A stretch of DNA of 64,000 nt, from positions 36,501 to 100,500 of IMG/VR virus record IMGVR_UViG_2630968627_000001; one strand, written 5' to 3'. Every line of letters starts with the position of its first letter. Position 1 is the stretch's first letter. The notes under the pieces are model-generated. The model saw nothing but the letters and a program-made list of their open reading frames with translations, had not been told where the DNA came from and did not search any database. Both the position numbers and the translations under genes were made by a program. This document shows positions 39,900 through 48,952 of the stretch, piece by piece. Origin of the DNA: a virus (Duplodnaviria > Caudoviricetes).

Positions 39900-40378
39900 T
39901 AGATCTCTCGCTGTAGTTTGGCCGCCCTTCTACGCATCAGACTGTCTACTGCCTTGACGTCCAGTCTGCCGATGCCCAAGAAGCGGCGCTGTGGTATGTG
40001 CAGGGTGCCGTACTGGTTGGCCGCAGCGCGACGAGCTATCTGTGGATCCTCTACGCCAAGCCTGGATCCCGCCCCGGTGATTGTGTAGACGGTGCCTGCC
40101 GCGTTACCTCGGATACGTCGGATGGAGTTTCGCAGTTCGCCCGTCTCGTTCAGGATCTTCGCGCCAGGGCCTCGCTTGCGTACGGTCTCTTTGCTGTGGG
40201 GAGCCCAGTGACGGCCATCTGGATCTTCCTCTCGGTCGAACCGGCGCAGTGTACGGCTAAGTAAAAGATCTGCCACGTCCTTTGTCAGGTTGGGCAGATC
40301 CAGTTTGCTTCGGATGGTGGCCATGCGCTGGCCTAGTCTGGCCGCCCCCGAAACGTATGGGGTGTCCTTGAGGCTCAT
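39899..40378 (-). CDS. Virion morphogenesis / tail completion protein (Mu gpG-like)
   Basis: RRF..EEDPDG..WAP; ILNETGEL; NQYG..IPQRRFLG. Confidence 0.85.
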   Translation of the reverse strand: MSLKDTPYVSGAARLGQRMATIRSKLDLPNLTKDVADLLLSRTLRRFDREEDPDGRHWAPHSKETVRKRGPGAKILNETGELRNSIRRIRGNAAGTVYTITGAGSRLGVEDPQIARRAAANQYGTLHIPQRRFLGIGRLDVKAVDSLMRRRAAKLQREI

Positions 40379-41019
40379 GACCAGTCTGCCGATACGTGGT
40401 CAGTCCAGACCATGAAGGGGCTACGAGGACGTTCAAAGGTGTTGTGCCCACGCGACTGTAGCTCTCGGATGGCGGCGCGTACCAGCGCCGTGTACGAGAC
40501 GCCTGGTCCTGCCTTCGGTGCCATTACCCCGGCCCGGAACCAGATCAGTGCGGCTGTGATGGCGATGTCCCGGATAGCAGCAGGAACGTCCTTCAATACG
40601 CGAGTGGCCGGATCCGGCTCAAAGCCAGCGGTGTATGTGATGGTGTGGCGTGTACCGGGACGCAGGCCGGATAGGTAGACCATGCCGTACATGTGATCGA
40701 CTCGTTCGAGTCCGTCCCGTGCAATCGATTGCAATCCTACGTTCTGCCCCTCGACCAGGAAAGCGTTGCGCAGTCGTACTGCTACTCGGCCATCTCGGAC
40801 ATGGGGAGGAACGTAGAAGGTCTCCGTGAAGGTGCCACGAACCAGCGTGTCTACCTCCAGGAAACCCTCGGCTCGGGTCAGCGCCATGGCGATGCGTACG
40901 CCAAGGCTGTCGATGATGTCCCCCGTTGGCGGAGTCGCGCAGCTTCCCATGCTGGCGTTGATAGCGGCAGCATACTCTTCACGGGAAACAATGAGATAAC
41001 GATCAACGGGGAACATCAT
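40375..41019 (-). CDS. Head-tail connector / adaptor
   Basis: ITYTAGF..VPAAIRDIAI; position after MCP. Confidence 0.7.
   Translation of the reverse strand: MMFPVDRYLIVSREEYAAAINASMGSCATPPTGDIIDSLGVRIAMALTRAEGFLEVDTLVRGTFTETFYVPPHVRDGRVAVRLRNAFLVEGQNVGLQSIARDGLERVDHMYGMVYLSGLRPGTRHTITYTAGFEPDPATRVLKDVPAAIRDIAITAALIWFRAGVMAPKAGPGVSYTALVRAAIRELQSRGHNTFERPRSPFMVWTDHVSADWS
40719..40734. repeat. GTGCAATCGATTGCAA palindromic site (exact, intragenic)
   Basis: Core 40720-40733. Confidence 0.9.
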
Positions 41020-41028
41020 GACTATTCC

Positions 41029-41490
41029 TTACTTCGTGGAGGCGTTGGTTGCCTTGGCGCGGGAGCCACGACCCTTGGGGGCAGCAGCAGCAGCGGCGGC
41101 AGGCTTGCCTTCAGGGATGGCGTCGGGGTTGCCGATCTGCACAGCAGGGTCCGTAGCCGATGTACCCTGGTCTGGGTTGGCATTCTGGGGTTGTGCATCT
41201 TCGTCCTGCTCGTCGTCTTCGTATTCGATGACGCCGCGTTCACGGGAGCCTACGGTGCGCTGTGCGCCCACGTTGCGGGCCTTGCCTTCAACTGCGAAGA
41301 AGTAGCGGATGTCGTCTTCCTCGCCCATGTGCAAGTCCAGCAGACGCTCTGCACGTTCCACGGGTACGCCGCGTACGATCTCGCCGCGCTGGATGGGGCG
41401 ATTGAAGAACTGGAAGTTGGTGTAGGACTTGGGGCCAACCAGCTTCAGGTCAACTACTTTGGGGGTGTTTGCGTTTTTCATGTGATCCAT
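41029..41490 (-). CDS. Hypothetical head-associated protein
   Basis: Follows MCP; low-complexity C-terminal half. Confidence 0.65.
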   Translation of the reverse strand: MDHMKNANTPKVVDLKLVGPKSYTNFQFFNRPIQRGEIVRGVPVERAERLLDLHMGEEDDIRYFFAVEGKARNVGAQRTVGSRERGVIEYEDDEQDEDAQPQNANPDQGTSATDPAVQIGNPDAIPEGKPAAAAAAAPKGRGSRAKATNASTK

Positions 41491-41517
41491 TCCTGGGAAA
41501 GAGGTATCTGGTGAGGC

Positions 41518-41539
41518 AGGGAGACCCGGAGGTCTCCCT
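41518..41539 (-). terminator. Stem-loop after MCP (no U tract)
   Basis: AGGGAGACC-tccg-GGTCTCCCT. Confidence 0.45.
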
Positions 41540-41557
41540 TATCTGTGTGCCGCCCGA

Positions 41558-42604
41558 TTAAGGGGTCAGGTCGATGTCGCCCAAGTTGACGACGTTCACG
41601 TTCAGGGCAGGTGCCTGGTAGCCACCGATGTCCATCAAGCGAACCACTGCGTTTGGATCGTCGATCTGGAAGGCCACGCGGGCAGTCAGAACGATGATGA
41701 TCTCACGCGAGCGGATGTCGCGGTCGGTTTCGATGGTGATGTTGCGCTGGATACCGTACAGCAAGTTTTGCGGGAAGGTAACCAGACCGCCTTCGCCGCC
41801 TTCTTCGGTAGCCAACATGTTGGCAGCTTCCAGCGTCAGACCATGCACGGTCACCGGCATGTTGTTCTGCAAAGCGGAGTCGCCGTAGCCGGTCTGGCGT
41901 TTGGAGACGTTCTGCAAGAACTTGATGCGGTTGGCGTGAGTGGTGTAAGCACGCAGTTGTGGCAGCAGACGCAGGTAAACCTGTGGCATTGTCAGCAGTG
42001 CGTTGGCGAACAGGTCGGGGTTGATGCCCTGGCCGTTGTTGTCCAGCACGTTACCGTCGCGCATTGCACGGTACATGAAGCCGTCTTGCAGAGCCAGGTA
42101 AGGGTCGGTCATGTGGTTGCTACGGCCCCACAACGACAGCTCTTCCAGGTCAACTGCAACGCGCTGTGCCATCAGGCGCAGTACGTGAGCTTCAAAGTTA
42201 CCGCCTTCGATGTTGTCTTCCAGCACTTCGTATGGCAGGCGGATTTCTGCGATCACCTCGGAGGTGTTCAGTTCAACCTGGCGGGTACGAGGTGCGGCGC
42301 GGTCAGCGGCACGTACGTAACGGTCGTTACCGCCGTCATCACGAGCACCGCCAACTTGGCGACCAGCACGCAGGATGCGCTTGTCAAAGCCCATGCTGTC
42401 CACTTTGCGCTGAGGGCCGGACATGCGGATGGTACGGGCCTGGCGCAGGATGGTTGGCTCTTCTTGGATGAAGTCGATGAAGCGATTGGCAGCTTCGGGT
42501 GGCAGCATGCCGCCGTCGCGGGCCAGGTCGGCCAGGGCCAAGTCAGAACGACGCAGGTTCTCGTCGCGCTCCGCCTGGGACAGTTGGGAATTGGTCTTAC
42601 TCAT
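41558..42604 (-). CDS. Major capsid protein (HK97 fold)
   Basis: GGMLPPEAANRFI, EVLEDNIEG, AVDLEEL, P.NLLYGIQRNI.IE.DRDI. Confidence 0.92.
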   Translation of the reverse strand: MSKTNSQLSQAERDENLRRSDLALADLARDGGMLPPEAANRFIDFIQEEPTILRQARTIRMSGPQRKVDSMGFDKRILRAGRQVGGARDDGGNDRYVRAADRAAPRTRQVELNTSEVIAEIRLPYEVLEDNIEGGNFEAHVLRLMAQRVAVDLEELSLWGRSNHMTDPYLALQDGFMYRAMRDGNVLDNNGQGINPDLFANALLTMPQVYLRLLPQLRAYTTHANRIKFLQNVSKRQTGYGDSALQNNMPVTVHGLTLEAANMLATEEGGEGGLVTFPQNLLYGIQRNITIETDRDIRSREIIIVLTARVAFQIDDPNAVVRLMDIGGYQAPALNVNVVNLGDIDLTP

Positions 42605-42664
42605 GGTGTTCTCCAGTTTTTGGGTAGGTACTTGCGTACGCTTAAAGGGTCAAGGGGAGCGGGA

Positions 42665-44173
42665 TTAGAACTTACCGAGCACGCCGGCAAATACTTCACC
42701 ATCGGAACGCTGTTGCTTGGTTTCCTGGCCATCCTTGCGGACTACAACCTGGGAGTCACCATGGTCACTGCGAACGATAACGGTGCTTTGCTGTTGCTCC
42801 TGCAACATCTTGCGGAAGTCGCCACGGGTCAGAGGCTTGGCGTCTTCGGCGGCAGCGGCTGCGGCGGCATCAGCTTCGGCTTGCTGCTCGGGGGTCAGGG
42901 CTGGGGTGTCCTTGCGGGCCAGAACTGCTTCGGCAGCAGCGGTAGCCGTACTCTGCATCATGGCTTCCAGGTCAGCGCGGGACATGGTGACGGTGTCACC
43001 AGCGGCGGTGCCGGCAGCAGGCGCAGCGGCGGCAGGAGCGGCAGCGGCAGGCGCGGCAGCGGTGGTAGCTTCAGGGGCGGCAGCGGGTGCGGCAGTGGCG
43101 GCGTCGGTGCGAGCTACTTGCTGACCGGCGTTATCGTTGGGTTGTTTCATGGTGCTCTCCGTAGTGGCTTTATCATTGCGTTGGAACTGGTCAATCGCCA
43201 CCAATACCTGGCGTGGCAGCAGATCCAGAAGTGTGTTGATGTATGCAGCGTACTGCTCGGTGGAACGCTGTACGAGAGCCTTGCGAGCCTCTACAGGCAA
43301 ACCACTGTTGAACAGAATGTTGTTCAGGACCGAAGACAAGCGATAGGCCGCGTCATCCAGTTTCTCGCACACTGCGCGATCTGCCAGAGCGGACAGAAAA
43401 TCCAGGTGGCCCCAGCCGTAGTTACCGTACATACATTCGTTAACCACTGCCACATAACCTTCGGGGATGTCTTCGCAGTCGGATCGTTTGACCGTGAAGA
43501 TGACCCCGTCTTCGACCTGGATCTGCTTGGTTTCGGTGCCGTCGGAAACGTCGCTGCGAACCAACACACTTTTACCTTCGTCCGAAGTATCCAGTGTCAC
43601 AGCAGTGGTGTCAACATCGAAACGGGCCAAAACAGCCTCGATTTGCTCTTCCGAGACAATGGAAGTATCGAAAGAGACACTGGTGACTGCCAGGCGGGAG
43701 CCTTCGGCGGGGGTTGGTTCTTGTCCGTCTTTGCGCACTACCTGGGCGGTAATACCATCAGTGGTGAGCATGACTTGGGCGATGCTGCTGCCTTCAGTGG
43801 ACAGGTCGTCGCGTGCGGCTACGGCGGTGCCGTCGTCCTTGCGAGTCAGTTTGTAGGGGGTGTCTTCGCCCATGCCGAACTCGTCCAGGCGGGCAAGGAT
43901 CTGCTCGTCGGTGAACGAGGCGGGGAAGGTCACGCTCAACAAGTTGTTGGCTGCGTCGGTGCGGCGTGCGCGAGACGTGCGGGAGGCAGGCTTAGTGGTT
44001 GCTTTGGTGCTCATGGTGTCCTCTTGTGTGTCCGAACGGACGATCTTGAACGGGCGGCGGTTAGAAGGGAGGCCGGTCAGGGTGATGAATTCTGGCTTAG
44101 TAACCTCATGGAGAACCTGGCCAGAGATCTCAGCCCGACGTACTCGGCTTACTCGTTTGTGTTTGTCAGTCAT
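42665..44173 (-). CDS. Capsid scaffold / maturation protein
   Basis: N-terminal FITLTGLPSNRRPF, Ala/Pro-rich linker, ends FAGVLGKF; directly before MCP. Confidence 0.7.
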   Translation of the reverse strand: MTDKHKRVSRVRRAEISGQVLHEVTKPEFITLTGLPSNRRPFKIVRSDTQEDTMSTKATTKPASRTSRARRTDAANNLLSVTFPASFTDEQILARLDEFGMGEDTPYKLTRKDDGTAVAARDDLSTEGSSIAQVMLTTDGITAQVVRKDGQEPTPAEGSRLAVTSVSFDTSIVSEEQIEAVLARFDVDTTAVTLDTSDEGKSVLVRSDVSDGTETKQIQVEDGVIFTVKRSDCEDIPEGYVAVVNECMYGNYGWGHLDFLSALADRAVCEKLDDAAYRLSSVLNNILFNSGLPVEARKALVQRSTEQYAAYINTLLDLLPRQVLVAIDQFQRNDKATTESTMKQPNDNAGQQVARTDAATAAPAAAPEATTAAAPAAAAPAAAAPAAGTAAGDTVTMSRADLEAMMQSTATAAAEAVLARKDTPALTPEQQAEADAAAAAAAEDAKPLTRGDFRKMLQEQQQSTVIVRSDHGDSQVVVRKDGQETKQQRSDGEVFAGVLGKF

Positions 44174-44772
44174 GAGGCTTCTCCTAAAGACTGTGCGTCG
44201 GGCAACGATACGCGATGTGTGTGCCCGTCCGACTGCATGGTTACGGAATGGGTGGTGATTTGATGGGAGTGCCCATCAGTCTCGGAAGTACCGCCCGAGA
44301 TGACCCGCCCATCCTGGTCAACGATCACAGTGTAATCGTGAGTGTGTCCATCGAGCAAATCCGGTTCGGTGATTCCGGTCAGGATTGTGGTGTCTGGTAC
44401 TTCGATGACAACCGGGGTATTGCGGACAAGGGCCTGGTAGGAGAACCCATTCAGGGTGCCATCCAGAACCTTCTCCCACAATTCGTCGGAGATGATCTTC
44501 ACGCCCACAACCCAAGAGCCGGGGGTGAAGTCAGGGTCTCCTTCGCGGGCAATGAACGACTCCACGACGTACATGTCTTTCTTATCCAGATTGACTTCGT
44601 CGTGGTCAACGTCCAGCCCGTAGCCATGCAGAGTGAACTGCTCGCAGGCGTGGCGGACAAAGGTCTCGTCCATCACGTCTCCGTATACGTTCAGCTCTCC
44701 GGGGACCAGGACTTCGCCGTATACGATCTGCTCGAAGTCCTTGCGCTTGACTACCGTTGTTTGCGTGCTCAC
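44170..44772 (-). CDS. XkdF-like prohead protease with three C-terminal GHxH repeats
   Basis: QIVYGEVLVP, VDHD, VVESFI, GSWVVG, LW..V.DG.LNGFS; DGHTH/DGHSH/DGHTH. Confidence 0.8.
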   Translation of the reverse strand: MSTQTTVVKRKDFEQIVYGEVLVPGELNVYGDVMDETFVRHACEQFTLHGYGLDVDHDEVNLDKKDMYVVESFIAREGDPDFTPGSWVVGVKIISDELWEKVLDGTLNGFSYQALVRNTPVVIEVPDTTILTGITEPDLLDGHTHDYTVIVDQDGRVISGGTSETDGHSHQITTHSVTMQSDGHTHRVSLPDAQSLGEAS

Positions 44773-46388
44773 AGCCGTTCTCCTTCGGACCCATTCTCTG
44801 GGCGCTTGGGTGCGATGTCGCCGGTCTCTTCATCCTCTTTGATTCCGGGTGTTTTAGCGGACTGCTCGTCGTGGGTCTTGGACTGGTCGCGTAGATAGAT
44901 GGTCATAGGGATGTCCATCCATGGTTCGTGACCTTTGGTTCCGGCCGGCGGGTATGCTGGCAGTTCCGTCTGCAACATCTGGTTGGCCAGCACCTGTGCG
45001 CTGCGCGGCGTTACCGCCCCGATCACGTTCAAGGCTGTCAGGGTCTTCATGACGGTCTCTGGGGAGTTGATCGACAGTACGCGGCCCTTGAGCTTGCACG
45101 TCTTAATGTTCATCCCATGCGGTGGCAGGACAAGCTGTCTGTTAAGGAACTCGTCCATCGCATCGCGCTCCGGTCCGAATACCTGGGACTCAACGACGTG
45201 CATAGAGATCTGCGCGTTGGCGAAGTTGGAGTCCTTGGAGTTACCTACCACGATAGCAGGGAGACGCCAGCAGGAGCGGATCTTGGACGCAGACTTCTCG
45301 TCGTACTCTTGGAAGTTGGCATCAGACTGTCGCTGGTCGGCCAGCTTCTCCACCTTCAGGCCCACGGTCGATCCCCGCCCGTCAAGCGAATCCCCTTCGC
45401 CCGTCGCCTCTACCAGCATGATCTGGTGTTGGCGGGCGGATCCGATGTTTTCATTGTGCAGCAATTCGGTCAGGTTACGGTAAGACTGTTGGGTCAATCG
45501 CCCGCCGCTGACAGTCAGCATCATAGGCGGTACGGTGTTGTCGCGGAAGTAGCGGAAGTTAAGCTCTTCGGACTCGCGTACACCCAGCACGTTGGGTAGC
45601 TGTGCCATCCAGCGGGGGATACCGTACACGTCCGGTCCAGGTACTTTGAAGTGCAGGATCTCGGTGGCGTCAGCGCCCGCCTCATAGCCCTTTTCGTACT
45701 GGTACTTGCCGGTGTTGCGGTTCATAGCGCGGGGGTCGCCATACTCTTTGAAGTAGACGGTCTCGCCCTGGATAACCTGGACATAGCGACGGAAGCGTTT
45801 GCGTTCCCGTACCTCATGTGTGCGGCGGCCCCGACAAATGAACTGGACGACTTCTACCAGGTCTTTGTGTTTGGGGGTCAGGCGGATACTTCGAGCACGA
45901 GCGTGGCGCAACAGCGCGATCTCTCCCGCCCCGGATCGGATGACCTCCACGAACGAGAAGCCCAGGGCCTCGCGCTCACGCACGACTTCTTTCATCATGC
46001 ACGACAGGGACTGGTCGGTATTGGCGTAGCCTACAAAAGTGGCCAGCTCGCAAGCCTCCCCCGCGTTGGGCTCCTTACCTCGGACAACAGGCTCCACTTC
46101 CCAGCCGGTGCCCACCGTGTTGACGGTGTACGCCTCGATACACTGCGGGATGATGCTGGAACTGTCTACTTTTTGCTGCAACCAGGTTACGACGTAAGGG
46201 GGCGGAATGATAACGTCGGCGAGAATGGCCAGGTCAGTCAATTCGTCCTTGTAGTCGATAAGACGACTGGTGTTCATATCCTCCCGATCAGCTCGGATGA
46301 TAGTAGTTTTGGTCGTGACTTCATCGCTCCGGCGCATGCGGCGGTGGCGACGGATGGCAGGACCTCGTCGGGAATTACTGGTTGTCAT
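44769..46388 (-). CDS. Portal protein
   Basis: LGFSFVEVIR, EILHFK..YGIPRW, YFRDNTVP, DANF.EY, NFANA. Confidence 0.9.
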   Translation of the reverse strand: MTTSNSRRGPAIRRHRRMRRSDEVTTKTTIIRADREDMNTSRLIDYKDELTDLAILADVIIPPPYVVTWLQQKVDSSSIIPQCIEAYTVNTVGTGWEVEPVVRGKEPNAGEACELATFVGYANTDQSLSCMMKEVVREREALGFSFVEVIRSGAGEIALLRHARARSIRLTPKHKDLVEVVQFICRGRRTHEVRERKRFRRYVQVIQGETVYFKEYGDPRAMNRNTGKYQYEKGYEAGADATEILHFKVPGPDVYGIPRWMAQLPNVLGVRESEELNFRYFRDNTVPPMMLTVSGGRLTQQSYRNLTELLHNENIGSARQHQIMLVEATGEGDSLDGRGSTVGLKVEKLADQRQSDANFQEYDEKSASKIRSCWRLPAIVVGNSKDSNFANAQISMHVVESQVFGPERDAMDEFLNRQLVLPPHGMNIKTCKLKGRVLSINSPETVMKTLTALNVIGAVTPRSAQVLANQMLQTELPAYPPAGTKGHEPWMDIPMTIYLRDQSKTHDEQSAKTPGIKEDEETGDIAPKRPENGSEGERL

Positions 46389-46740
46389 GGTGCCCTCGTC
46401 GTTGGTAGGCGTACCCCAGGGATACTAAATATTCGTTTAGGTTTATGGTCTCCCCGTCCCGGTCCTTGTACGTGATCTCTACGATCCAGCTAGTGGCCCC
46501 GCGATTGATGACCTCTATTACCAGGTCACGCCCGCGCAAGGCGCTGTGTACTTGTTCCCGGATCCGTCCGCCCTCGGTGTCCTTGCCCATGTTGATGGCA
46601 GTAGGTGTATCTACTCCACGCAGCCTAACCCGCTGTCGTTTGTATAGATCCTCGGCCCCTAAATCAACCATGACGACAAGGTCGTCCCCAGAGAAAACGG
46701 AGTGGACGGTGGCCGGATAAAACCTCTTAGCCGTTTCCAT
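46375..46740 (-). CDS. Thermonuclease (SNase)-like protein, active site altered
   Basis: VFSGDDL..VDLG..VRLRGVDTP..NLNEYLVSLGYA. Confidence 0.75.
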   Translation of the reverse strand: METAKRFYPATVHSVFSGDDLVVMVDLGAEDLYKRQRVRLRGVDTPTAINMGKDTEGGRIREQVHSALRGRDLVIEVINRGATSWIVEITYKDRDGETINLNEYLVSLGYAYQRRGHHDNQ

Positions 46741-46768
46741 TGCATCCTTCTCCTATGCGATTGGATGG

Positions 46769-46797
46769 ATAATACATCACACCCAGGAGACGGGCAA
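46769..46797 (-). promoter_or_regulatory. Putative sigma70 promoter for the head operon
   Basis: TTGCCC-17-TATTAT. Confidence 0.55.
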
Positions 46798-46820
46798 AAG
46801 AAAACCGCCCCGAAGGGCGG
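46796..46820 (-). terminator. Rho-independent terminator
   Basis: CCGCCC-TTCG-GGGCGG then TTTTCTTTT. Confidence 0.85.
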
Positions 46821-46823
46821 CTT

Positions 46824-46839
46824 GTGCAATCGATTGCAA
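46824..46839. repeat. GTGCAATCGATTGCAA palindromic site (exact, intergenic)
   Basis: Core 46825-46838, between the dUTPase stop and the terminator. Confidence 0.9.
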
Positions 46840-46846
46840 AAAGGAA

Positions 46847-47839
46847 TTACAGGGCGAATCGCTTGAAGTATTCGCCTGCAAGCAAGGAGTACAGGTAGGA
46901 ATTGAACGCCTTCCGTACTGCGGCGGGGCCTTCGTCGCCGTATTCGGTCTCTGCTACCTCCCACGCCTGGGAGGCCAGTCCGGGGAGGAAGTAGTTATCT
47001 TCCTTGTCTTCTTTAGTCAGCTCGTCCGACCACATCTTGATGTACGTGCCGTCCTTGTAGCCGTTATCCATGCGGAAGTCGAACAGAACCGACTTAGCAA
47101 AGAACATGGCTACCGGGTCGAAGCCCAGGGCGATAGAGCGGTACATCAGGAAGCCCAGCAGCTCTTCCTGGGCCTTGATGTTGGTCGGGGTGCGGGATAC
47201 GAGGCCGATCATGTCAGCGGTGCCTCGCTCCAGTAGAGACAGGATGGACTCCCCCTTGGCCAATACGCTCTCGCGCCCCTTAGCCACCTTCGCGGATTCC
47301 ACCTCGCTCTTCTCGGCCTGGAACACGAGGGCGTTGATTACCGAGGCCAGGGTGTTGGAGGTGACTTGGGTATCCACCAACTTGGCCAGATGGGCGTCGT
47401 GTCCGTCTCCTTCTGACTGGGCCGTAGACAGGGTAACGCCGGTGGTTTGGTTCACCCAACGCAAGGCGGACTGCGTGTGGTACTGGGCGATAGAGCTGAT
47501 AATGAACTTCATGGCGTCCGCCAGCTCCAGCGCGATCTGGCCGGGAACCGATGGATCCATATCGGTGTCTTTCGTCCACCATTTCCAGTTGTGGTGATCT
47601 TCCGCCTCGGCCAGCTCGACGCGGGCGGCCTTCAGGAAGTCCAGGCCCTGTCGCGCCCAGTGGACACCGGCTACCAATTCATTGGACTTCATCTGGGCGG
47701 TTACCATACCCATGGCCGTCGCAGTGTGAACCTGCAAGGCGAGATCGCGTTCGATAGTGCGGTCGTCCTTGTGTTTCTCGTAGTAGCCGCGTAGGGAGTT
47801 TTCGATGTGCTCGTTCAGTTGTTTCGTGCTCTTGCTCAT
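46847..47839 (-). CDS. Dimeric (all-alpha) dUTPase-like protein
   Basis: ELAE..NWKWW; LELAD..KF; RMDNGYKDGTYIKMW..EDN. Confidence 0.8.
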   Translation of the reverse strand: MSKSTKQLNEHIENSLRGYYEKHKDDRTIERDLALQVHTATAMGMVTAQMKSNELVAGVHWARQGLDFLKAARVELAEAEDHHNWKWWTKDTDMDPSVPGQIALELADAMKFIISSIAQYHTQSALRWVNQTTGVTLSTAQSEGDGHDAHLAKLVDTQVTSNTLASVINALVFQAEKSEVESAKVAKGRESVLAKGESILSLLERGTADMIGLVSRTPTNIKAQEELLGFLMYRSIALGFDPVAMFFAKSVLFDFRMDNGYKDGTYIKMWSDELTKEDKEDNYFLPGLASQAWEVAETEYGDEGPAAVRKAFNSYLYSLLAGEYFKRFAL

Positions 47840-48552
47840 GGTGTTCCTTGTTGGTTGGTTACTTCGGGGTTAAAGGGGGTGGTGTTTTGCAATACGCGGA
47901 TAGCCTCGTGCAGCATGGCTTCAGGCTGGCCGCGTACGTTCAGCAGGTCCGCTGTCCAGTATTTGGAAGGGATAGGCAGTGCTGATTGATGTGAGGGGGT
48001 GCCCTCGGGTTCTGCGAAGCCTGTGACGTGCATGACGAACGTGTCCGCCTCGCCGTCCAGGTGTTCATACAGGTCCAGCAGCTCTTCCTGGGGGAAGCGC
48101 AGGTCCGTGACTACAGCGGCCAGGCTGTCAGATCCTGCATGCTGGTCAACCGCCGCAGACAGGCGAACAAACAATTGGCGAGTCCAGTAGTTGATGCCGT
48201 ACAGGCGGCGGCGATACTCGGTGCCATATTGCTCCAGGACTTCACGGGAGGTACGCGGTACGGTCATGACGTTCAGGCCATCAGACGAGTGGCGGATCAT
48301 GTCGCGGAATTCAGCGTTGGAGCAGCACATGTACGCCAGCTTGTGGCTTGGATTGGTCTTGTTGTAGCGGTCGCGCAAGAATTCTTCTGTGACGCCGAAC
48401 GCCTGGGCTACCTCGGTGTACAGCGGATCCGCATAGGCCATAGCCTTGGCGCGAGGGTAGGCATCCAGGAGCTGGTTGGCCAGCGTGTCCTTGCCCGCCC
48501 CGCCAGCGCCGCAGAGCAATACGACCTTGGGTTTGGCTTTAGCCGTTGTCAT
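47836..48552 (-). CDS. Deoxynucleoside monophosphate kinase
   Basis: GAGGAGKDT, AYADPL, REVLEQYGTEYRR, VTDLRFPQE, HQS. Confidence 0.88.
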   Translation of the reverse strand: MTTAKAKPKVVLLCGAGGAGKDTLANQLLDAYPRAKAMAYADPLYTEVAQAFGVTEEFLRDRYNKTNPSHKLAYMCCSNAEFRDMIRHSSDGLNVMTVPRTSREVLEQYGTEYRRRLYGINYWTRQLFVRLSAAVDQHAGSDSLAAVVTDLRFPQEELLDLYEHLDGEADTFVMHVTGFAEPEGTPSHQSALPIPSKYWTADLLNVRGQPEAMLHEAIRVLQNTTPFNPEVTNQQGTP

Positions 48553-48952
48553 TGGTACTTCTCCTTTTCTTGGTCTTTATCCAGGTTGGTTTTTCAGTGG
48601 TGTGCCATAGCAAGACATGGCCGTTGGCTTCTGCCCGGTAGCAGGCCCAGACATAGTACCGCCCCGCTACGTGAGTGACAGAGATTACCGCAGGCCGGTC
48701 TGGGTGAATACCGCGCACAAGGGCCCGCCCGACCATGTTCTCGAATTCCAGGGAAAAGCGGAAGTACCCTGGAACGGGATCATCGTCGTGGTCATAGAAC
48801 AGGACGACGGGGTTGATTCGTTTGGACGCTCGCAAGGCTTGGGAGCGGACGCAGGGCCGCAGCTCGTACGTCTTTCGCTCCCCTGATACCGCAGGCCGGG
48901 AAGCGAGCGCAGTCAGTGCCTGGGCGGCTTCTTCGATCTCCGGTTCAGTCAT
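48539..48952 (-). CDS. Hypothetical protein
   Basis: 137 aa overlapping both neighbours. Confidence 0.65.
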   Translation of the reverse strand: MTEPEIEEAAQALTALASRPAVSGERKTYELRPCVRSQALRASKRINPVVLFYDHDDDPVPGYFRFSLEFENMVGRALVRGIHPDRPAVISVTHVAGRYYVWACYRAEANGHVLLWHTTEKPTWIKTKKRRSTNDNG

